This document shows, piece after piece, positions 46,576 through 53,216 of a stretch of DNA of 53,216 nt; the stretch's first letter is position 1; each line of letters starts with the position of its first letter. The DNA comes from Chitinophagaceae bacterium. GTDB lineage: Bacteria > Bacteroidota > Bacteroidia > Chitinophagales > Chitinophagaceae. The notes below the pieces were generated by a model, which was given only the letters and a program-made list of their open reading frames with translations, ran no database searches and was not told the DNA's origin. The translations under genes were made by a program, and so were the position numbers. The stretch is from assembly GCA_016787125.1 (NCBI GenBank), contig JAEUVM010000194.1:1-53216 (forward strand), written 5' to 3'.

Positions 46576-48110
46576 TCCTTTTTATACTGGTAAATAATAT
46601 AACCGCTGCTGGTATCTGCCGGCTGGTAGCCGTTCAAACTGATATTAAAGAAACGGCTTACCGTATCGGTTTGTTTTTTTATCATCAGGCGGAAGCGTCC
46701 GTCCTGCAGCCCTTTTTCAAAACCGGTGTAATCATATTTTTTATCCGGGTATGTACTGAGGGCTGTTATTTCCATCTGGGGCATCACAGCATGCCGGAAC
46801 AAAAAATTGCTCAGGTAGCTGTCCGGGGTATAGATATTGGTAAACACAACATACTCTTCTCCGGGCTTCAGTTGCCTTTTTATTTTCTCTGACACTTCTT
46901 TCTCTTTGTTGTACCAGTGCATCTTGGCTGGTGATGATATTGCATTTAACGTACTGGTGAAAGCCGGGATCTGCAACCCGGCATGTATCAGTAATGCAAG
47001 CAATACCACCGTTCCAGGTAAAACATGGCCCGCTTTACCCGTTAGTCTGCTAAACAAAGGCCAGTAAAAAGCCACCAGTATAAACAAAAACGTCCACCAT
47101 TCGGTAAGATAACCCGGCGAAGAGCCCAATTTCAATGCAATAACATTCAGCAGCAGAAATAATATTGCTGACACATACATTGATACCGCCGTTAGCGGAT
47201 GCCTGTCTTTTTTTACCAATACAAATAATACCAGGGAAAAAAGCAGGAATAAAATGCTCACCCCTTTTATCAACGGTACCAGCACCACTTTTATATACCA
47301 TCCAATGCTGACCCCATTATTGATACCCTGCACGGTGTTTTTTAGAAAAGGCGCCAGTCCTGTGCTGCTGCTGATAATCAGCAGCAGCAAAAAGAACAAT
47401 GCAAGATATACGGCTGTGAAAACAAGCAAATGCCTGATCTTCTTCGTATACAACAACCACGCCCCGAATATAAGCGGCAGAATAAAAGCTGTCTGTTTGG
47501 AAAATAACGCCAGCACGCTGAATAATGCGGCGGCGAAGAGAAGAGTGCCCGTCACGTTTTGCTTTTCCTTTTTACAAAAAAGAAAAAAATAATAAAGCCC
47601 CATGAAAAAGAAAACATGATACAGGCTGTCGGGTCTTGCAAAGGAAGTGGATTGAAGAAAAATAAACGATGCTGCTGAAGCTATCATGCTACGGGAAGGA
47701 GGCACGTCATATATTTTTCTGCAAAACCTGTACACCACAACTACAAGCAGGAGATTGAGCAATAACGAGAAAATGCGCCCGACTGTATAAACAGCAATGA
47801 CATTATCTGCATCAACGCCGACAGCCTTACACAAGGCACTACAAAGCCAGTAATAAAACGGGGAGTATTGTGCTATGGCATATGGTGCTTCTGCCGGATC
47901 GGTATAAAAGGCTTGCCCGTCAACTATGCGCTGGATAAAATACACCACATTTCCTTCCACGCCGCCAATATCGGGATGCGGAAAAAAAACAAGCAACACC
48001 CGTCCGGCCAGAAAGAAGAGAAACACTGACAGGCTGATAAACACAGCGCTTTTTGTCCAAAAATCTTTTCCTGTTAACAAGCCGGGCATCTTGCCCGAAA
48101 GATAGTTCAA
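46572..48110 (-). CDS. GT-C (ArnT/PMT, GT39-like) membrane glycosyltransferase
   Basis: GGVEG after TM1, YSPFYY, GRIFSLL, ARPDSL, LFSKQT motifs; many TMs. Confidence 0.7.
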   Translation of the reverse strand: MNYLSGKMPGLLTGKDFWTKSAVFISLSVFLFFLAGRVLLVFFPHPDIGGVEGNVVYFIQRIVDGQAFYTDPAEAPYAIAQYSPFYYWLCSALCKAVGVDADNVIAVYTVGRIFSLLLNLLLVVVVYRFCRKIYDVPPSRSMIASAASFIFLQSTSFARPDSLYHVFFFMGLYYFFLFCKKEKQNVTGTLLFAAALFSVLALFSKQTAFILPLIFGAWLLYTKKIRHLLVFTAVYLALFFLLLLIISSSTGLAPFLKNTVQGINNGVSIGWYIKVVLVPLIKGVSILFLLFSLVLFVLVKKDRHPLTAVSMYVSAILFLLLNVIALKLGSSPGYLTEWWTFLFILVAFYWPLFSRLTGKAGHVLPGTVVLLALLIHAGLQIPAFTSTLNAISSPAKMHWYNKEKEVSEKIKRQLKPGEEYVVFTNIYTPDSYLSNFLFRHAVMPQMEITALSTYPDKKYDYTGFEKGLQDGRFRLMIKKQTDTVSRFFNISLNGYQPADTSSGYIIYQYKKE

Positions 48111-48131
48111 ATTGCCAAAGGCCTGTCCGCC

Positions 48132-48683
48132 CTATTCCTGCTGCTTATCCACCCAACTCTTTTCCTCATCAGTAAGTTTTACCAGCGCATGTTTTTTTAC
48201 CTCGGTTATGGCTATTTCATCCAGTATATCGACAAGGTTTTTATAAGATGAATTCGGCATCGGTTTGATAAGTATCATAAACCCGTTTCGTTTTTCTTTG
48301 CTGGCAGGATTGGCATCCAGTTGTTGCTGCCTGCGGATGATCAACTGTCTCAACCCTTCTTTACCACCGACAGTGGTTTTGTGTACATTGCCGGTACGTT
48401 CGGCTTCGGTCCAGCGGCCAAAATAATACCACACGTTATCATTTTCTGCAGGTATTACCGTCATGGCGTCTGATTCACCAAGATCCATTGGCGGCCCGTC
48501 GGCCGGCATGATAAGATTCATCGCTGTCGGTTTTGACAACTCCGTGGTGATGACAAAGAAACTGATCAGCAGAAACCCGAGATCAACCATCGGTGTCATA
48601 TCGATCCTGGCCTGCCGCCTGACTGCTTTTTTTACACCCGCCCGTTGTTTTGTGGTGGCAGTTGGGGAAATTACTTCACTCAT
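48132..48683 (-). CDS. exbD: Biopolymer transporter ExbD
   Basis: RIDMTPMVDLGFLLISFFVITT, ILIKP...YKNLVDILDE. Confidence 0.9.
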   Translation of the reverse strand: MSEVISPTATTKQRAGVKKAVRRQARIDMTPMVDLGFLLISFFVITTELSKPTAMNLIMPADGPPMDLGESDAMTVIPAENDNVWYYFGRWTEAERTGNVHKTTVGGKEGLRQLIIRRQQQLDANPASKEKRNGFMILIKPMPNSSYKNLVDILDEIAITEVKKHALVKLTDEEKSWVDKQQE

Positions 48684-48806
48684 AAGCTTATATTTTCTGC
48701 TAAGACGCCCTGCCCGTTTTTTTCCACAGCGAATCAGCCGCTGCCGTGACAGTGCTCATTCCTTCTTCCCCGGTGTATCGTTACCTTTAGGTATAATACA
48801 TTTTGT

Positions 48807-49634
48807 ATGAAAACAATTATTGTTGCCACCGATTTTTCGCCTGCTTCCAATACGGCCCTGCACTATGGTATGGACATGGCAAGGATGATCAATGCCAGCC
48901 TGTTGCTTTTTCATGCCTACCAGGTACCCGTCAGTTATTCAGATACGCCGATCGTACTTGTATCGGTTGATGAACTGAAACACAGTGCCGAACAACAACT
49001 GGAAAAACTGAAAGGAGAAGTGGAGCATATTGTTTCTGGCAGTATAAAAGTGTATGCTGAAGCAAGGCTGGGAAATACCACGGATGAACTGGAAACCCTT
49101 TGTGAAAAGATCAACCCTTTTGCTATTGTAATGGGTGCCAGGGGCAGTTCTGGAATTGAAACAACCATTTTTGGCAGCACCACGCTGACTTCCATCCGTC
49201 ATTTGAAATGGCCTGTTATCACTGTGCCGCAGGGAAAAGAGTTTGGTAACGCTATCCGTAAAGTAGGTTTTGCCTGCGATTTCAGGGAAGTGGTGCAAAC
49301 CACCCCGGTTGATGTTATCAGGAATATTGTAAAAACATTTTCCGCAGAGCTGCATGTGCTGAATGTGGATCATCACGAAAAACATTTCCGGCCTGATACA
49401 CCCGAACAATCGGCCCTGCTGCATACCATGCTTGAAGACTGTAAGCCGGTTTATCATTTTATAGAACACAAAGACGTAGAAGATGGTATCAACGAATTTG
49501 CTGAAAAGAATAATATTGACCTGATCGTTGCTATACCCAAAAGACATAAGCTGCTGCAAGGGCTGTTTAAACCAAGCTCTACAAAACAACTTGTATTTCA
49601 ATCGCACATCCCGGTGCTATGCATCCATGAGTAA
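48807..49634 (+). CDS. Universal stress protein (tandem USP domains)
   Basis: MKTIIVATDFS, IVMGARG...FGSTT, PVITVP, HIPVLCIH. Confidence 0.93.
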   Translation: MKTIIVATDFSPASNTALHYGMDMARMINASLLLFHAYQVPVSYSDTPIVLVSVDELKHSAEQQLEKLKGEVEHIVSGSIKVYAEARLGNTTDELETLCEKINPFAIVMGARGSSGIETTIFGSTTLTSIRHLKWPVITVPQGKEFGNAIRKVGFACDFREVVQTTPVDVIRNIVKTFSAELHVLNVDHHEKHFRPDTPEQSALLHTMLEDCKPVYHFIEHKDVEDGINEFAEKNNIDLIVAIPKRHKLLQGLFKPSSTKQLVFQSHIPVLCIHE

Positions 49635-49687
49635 TTTTCGCTGCCGGTAAAACTTTCGTACCTTACTGCTCACCAAAACGAACCTCC

Positions 49688-50086
49688 ATGAAGCCTACAC
49701 CTGTACTGGCCGCATGGCTGCTTGCCTGTTTTTCTGTTGCTGCTGCCTGTAAAGACAATCAGAAAAGCACAACGCCCACACAAACAGCCACTCCTGCCTT
49801 AAGTGGAAATGCCGCCATTCCTGAAATAGATATTGCCTCGCTGAATAATGAAGCCGCCATCCTTGATGCTATGCAGAAAGTGGTGGATGCCCGCATGGCC
49901 GATGAGAAAAAACAAAAAGAGGATCCCCAGTATGCCGGTCAGTACCTGGAGCTGACCAAGCTGTATACAGCTGTATTGAAAACTTCGACAGAATTTGCCA
50001 ATACCATCAATGACCCAAAAAGGGCAATTGAGTTTCATAATAAGATAAACGCCATCCAGGATAAAATGTACAGTAAGGCGCAATAA
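49688..50086 (+). CDS. Hypothetical lipoprotein
   Basis: Lipobox VAAAC, T/P-rich linker, helical body. Confidence 0.72.
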   Translation: MKPTPVLAAWLLACFSVAAACKDNQKSTTPTQTATPALSGNAAIPEIDIASLNNEAAILDAMQKVVDARMADEKKQKEDPQYAGQYLELTKLYTAVLKTSTEFANTINDPKRAIEFHNKINAIQDKMYSKAQ

Positions 50087-50112
50087 AAAAGGAGACGTAT
50101 CGGTACGTCTCC
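50085..50112 (-). terminator. Intrinsic terminator after asnS
   Basis: GGAGACGTA / TACGTCTCC 9-bp stem followed by a 6-U run on the minus strand. Confidence 0.8.
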
Positions 50113-50138
50113 CGGTTAGTTGTTGCTGACATTCTTTA

Positions 50139-51596
50139 TTAAAATTCGGCGCTGCCTGGTGTACGGGGAAAGGCGATCACATCCCGGATATTCGTCATGC
50201 CGGTTACAAACTGCACCATTCTTTCAAAACCCAGTCCGAAGCCTGCATGCGGCACCGTACCAAAACGTCTTGTGTCAAGATACCACCATAGCTCTTCAGC
50301 AGGCACATGCATTTCTTTCATCCGCTGCTCCAGTTTTTCCAGCCGTTCTTCTCTTTGCGATCCGCCAACTATTTCACCAATGCCGGGCGCCAGTATATCC
50401 ATGGCCGCCACGGTTTGTTTTCCTTCTTCACAGCCATCATTCTGCCGCATGTAAAATGCTTTGATAGCAGCAGGGTAGTTGTATAATATTACCGGCTTCT
50501 TAAAATGCTTTTCCACCAGGTACCTTTCGTGTTCGCTTTGCAGATCCATTCCCCAACCGGTGATCTCGTATTGAAACTTCTTTTTCTTGTTGTGATTGCT
50601 CTCTTTTAAAATAGTAATGGCATCGGTATAGGTCAGCCGTTCAAAACTGTTGTTGAGTACAAATTCAAGTTTCTCTATCAAACCCATCTCACTGCGTTTA
50701 TCCTGGGGCAGTTGCTTTTCCTCCTCTGCCAGCCGTTGGGCCAGGAAGTCGAGGTCTTCGCGGTTATTATCCATTGCATGGCGGATAATATAACGGATGA
50801 ACTCTTCAGCAAGGTTCATATTATCTTCCAGGTCGCAGAAAGCCATTTCCGGTTCTATCATCCAGAACTCGGCCAGGTGGCGGGCGGTATTACTGTTCTC
50901 TGCACGAAAAGTAGGACCGAATGTATAAATATCACCAAATGCGGTGGCGCCCAGTTCGCCTTCCAGTTGTCCGCTCACCGTAAGGTTGGTGCTGCGGCCG
51001 AAAAAATCTTCTTTAAAATTCACCGAGCCATCTTCATTCTTTGGCGCAGTGCCATCCACCGGCAGGGTGGTTACCCGGAACATTTCTCCGGCACCTTCCG
51101 CATCACTCGCGGTGATGATGGGTGTGTGCATGTACACAAATCCTTTTTCATTAAAGAATTTATGAATGGCAAAAGCCAGCGCATGCCTTACACGAAATAC
51201 AGATCCAAATGTATTGGTGCGAAAACGCAGGTGGGCAATCTCCCGAAGGTATTCCAATGTGGGCCTGTTCTTTAATTGCAGCGGATATTTTTCCGGATCG
51301 CTGTCACCAAGTACTTCAATTGTTGTGGCATTCAGGTCCATCTTTTGTCCCTTGCCCAGTGAAGGGTCCAGCGTGCCTGTTATTTTCAAAGAAGCAGAAG
51401 AGGTGATCCGCTTCAACAGGTCATCGCCAAATTTTCCCAGTCCGGTCACCACCTGTATATTATTATTAGTGCTGCCATCATTCAAAGCGATAAACTGGTT
51501 ATTGCGAAAACTGCGCACCCAACCCATTACTGTTACTTCCTGCCCGGCAGGTTCCTGCTGTAAAAGCTCTTTGATCCTTGTCCTTTTGTTGAACAT
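50139..51596 (-). CDS. asnS: Asparagine--tRNA ligase
   Basis: [64 protein letters not shown]. Confidence 0.98.
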   Translation of the reverse strand: MFNKRTRIKELLQQEPAGQEVTVMGWVRSFRNNQFIALNDGSTNNNIQVVTGLGKFGDDLLKRITSSASLKITGTLDPSLGKGQKMDLNATTIEVLGDSDPEKYPLQLKNRPTLEYLREIAHLRFRTNTFGSVFRVRHALAFAIHKFFNEKGFVYMHTPIITASDAEGAGEMFRVTTLPVDGTAPKNEDGSVNFKEDFFGRSTNLTVSGQLEGELGATAFGDIYTFGPTFRAENSNTARHLAEFWMIEPEMAFCDLEDNMNLAEEFIRYIIRHAMDNNREDLDFLAQRLAEEEKQLPQDKRSEMGLIEKLEFVLNNSFERLTYTDAITILKESNHNKKKKFQYEITGWGMDLQSEHERYLVEKHFKKPVILYNYPAAIKAFYMRQNDGCEEGKQTVAAMDILAPGIGEIVGGSQREERLEKLEQRMKEMHVPAEELWWYLDTRRFGTVPHAGFGLGFERMVQFVTGMTNIRDVIAFPRTPGSAEF

Positions 51597-51911
51597 AATT
51601 ACCTTTTTCGAGCGGCAAAGGTAAGCATGAATGGCAGGAATACTTCGTAAACCCGTGATATTAAGTCACTCCGCCCGATCCATTTACAAAAAAAACAAGC
51701 CGGCACTATCGGCGTCAGAAACGGGTCAAAAAGCCGAAAATTTTTGATTTTCGGGATTTTGCCCTATACTTGCATCGGAAAACGGCTGATAAGTTCAGGT
51801 CTATCAAAGATTCAGCTCACTTTTACCTGCCGCTTTCATTCAACATAAATTCAAATTTTCTCATTTCAAGTTTGGTCGACTGCGAGTTGTGACTAACCTC
51901 AAGTATTCTAT

Positions 51912-53216
51912 ATGTATGACATTCTCCAATTGAACGACATGCTCGTTCCTGAGTTGCTGGATATAGCCGAGCAACTGAAAATCCCTAATGCCAAGAAATT
52001 AAACAAACAAGACCTGGTTTATAAGATACTTGACAGCCAGGCCATTGCCGGCGCCAAAAATGCCAAACCGTCTGAAGATGGCAAACGCAAGCGTATCATT
52101 AAAGCCACCACCAGCAACTCTACCGAAGAAGCTGTGGTGGAAGATGACGGCGATGATAAAAAAGCCGTACGTAAACCTGTTATTGCAGCCAAGAAAACGG
52201 TTCGCCCTGCCGAAGAGCGGGCAGCAGAAGATAAAACACCTGTAAAGAAAGGACGTAAAAAACACGAAGAAAAAGAGGCCGTCGCTGAAGGCGTGCAGGA
52301 AGAAGAAGCAGCCACCGACGAGCCCGATCTTACCGCACAAAACCTGCTGGCACAGGCTATCTTAAACGAATCGAACCAGCAGACCGATAATGGTAACAAA
52401 GAACAAAACAAAGTATATCCGCAACGCCGCGAACAGGCCCAGCCGCCTGCATTCAATGTTGAGTTTGATGGTATCATACTCGGCGAAGGCGTATTGGAAA
52501 TGATGCCTGACGGATATGGCTTCCTCCGCTCATCCGATTACAATTATCTTTCTTCCCCTGATGATGTATATGTATCTCCTTCTCAGATAAAACTGTTTGG
52601 TTTAAAAACCGGCGATACTGTACATGGCGCTGTTCGCCCGCCAAAGGAAGGCGAAAAATATTTTGCCCTTCTGAAGGTGGATACCATCAATGGTAAAAGT
52701 CCGGAAGAAGTTCGTGACAGGGTGCCGTTTGATTACCTCACCCCGTTGTTCCCTTACGAAAAGCTCAACCTGTTTACCCAGCCGTCTGATTATTCCACCC
52801 GCATCATGGACCTGTTCACCCCGATAGGTAAGGGCCAGCGGGGATTGATCGTGGCGCAGCCAAAAACAGGTAAAACAATGTTGCTGAAAGCAGTGGCCAA
52901 TGCCATTGCAGCCAACCATCCTGAATGCTACCTGATGGTGGTGCTGGTGGATGAACGTCCGGAAGAGGTAACCGATATGGAACGCAGCATTAAAGGCGAA
53001 GTAATTGCTTCCACCTTTGATGAGCCGGCCGAAAAACACGTAAAGGTTTCCACCATTGCTTTACAAAAAGCAAAGCGCCTGGTGGAATGCGGACATGATG
53101 TGGTGATCCTGCTGGATTCCATCACCCGCCTTGCCCGTGCTCATAATACGGTGGCTCCTTCGTCAGGTAAAGTGCTTTCTGGTGGTGTGGAAGCTAATGC
53201 AATGCAAAAGCCAAAA
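51912..53216 (+). CDS. rho: Transcription termination factor Rho (partial, runs off the window)
   Basis: Absent from the ORF track; ATG 51912 [22 protein letters not shown]..., [69 protein letters not shown]. Confidence 0.97.
   Translation, partial: MYDILQLNDMLVPELLDIAEQLKIPNAKKLNKQDLVYKILDSQAIAGAKNAKPSEDGKRKRIIKATTSNSTEEAVVEDDGDDKKAVRKPVIAAKKTVRPAEERAAEDKTPVKKGRKKHEEKEAVAEGVQEEEAATDEPDLTAQNLLAQAILNESNQQTDNGNKEQNKVYPQRREQAQPPAFNVEFDGIILGEGVLEMMPDGYGFLRSSDYNYLSSPDDVYVSPSQIKLFGLKTGDTVHGAVRPPKEGEKYFALLKVDTINGKSPEEVRDRVPFDYLTPLFPYEKLNLFTQPSDYSTRIMDLFTPIGKGQRGLIVAQPKTGKTMLLKAVANAIAANHPECYLMVVLVDERPEEVTDMERSIKGEVIASTFDEPAEKHVKVSTIALQKAKRLVECGHDVVILLDSITRLARAHNTVAPSSGKVLSGGVEANAMQKPK

Overview
A ~53 kb chromosomal window from a Bacteroidota bacterium, most likely Chitinophagaceae. 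This is inferred from the SusC/SusD, GLPGLI and Rho-insertion genes and the TAnnTTTG -7 promoter boxes. It is mostly housekeeping and envelope genes: an M16 peptidase pair, an aspartyl protease-PDZ, mqnC, a GlxA regulator with a divergent VOC/DUF1801/SRPBCC/DoxX cluster, a diheme cytochrome c, SusC-SusD-DUF5011, a LytS/LytTR pair, a PagL-like enzyme, nagA, an OmpR-type two-component system (TCS), GLPGLI, a nucleotidyltransferase, two paralogous large outer-membrane beta-barrels, a SWIM-SNF2 helicase, comB, gcvT, padR-pspC, two GT-C-like membrane proteins, exbD, usp, asnS and a partial rho. I found no rRNA, tRNA, CRISPR array, prophage or transposase. The best candidate for an undescribed system is a TCS-GLPGLI-beta-barrel envelope module. 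The GLPGLI promoter and the promoter of the first barrel, 5 kb apart on opposite strands, share an identical TTAAC-N5-TTAAC-N16-TTAAC operator at the same distance from the -7 box. The proteins also share Gly-run plus beta-strand motifs. Other notable items are an internally deleted MazF/PemK toxin behind an intact antitoxin, two MITE-like elements, a PadR operator displaced by an intervening gene, a candidate sRNA, a candidate small protein and probable leaderless mRNAs. All calls come from reading motifs by eye; no database search was run.
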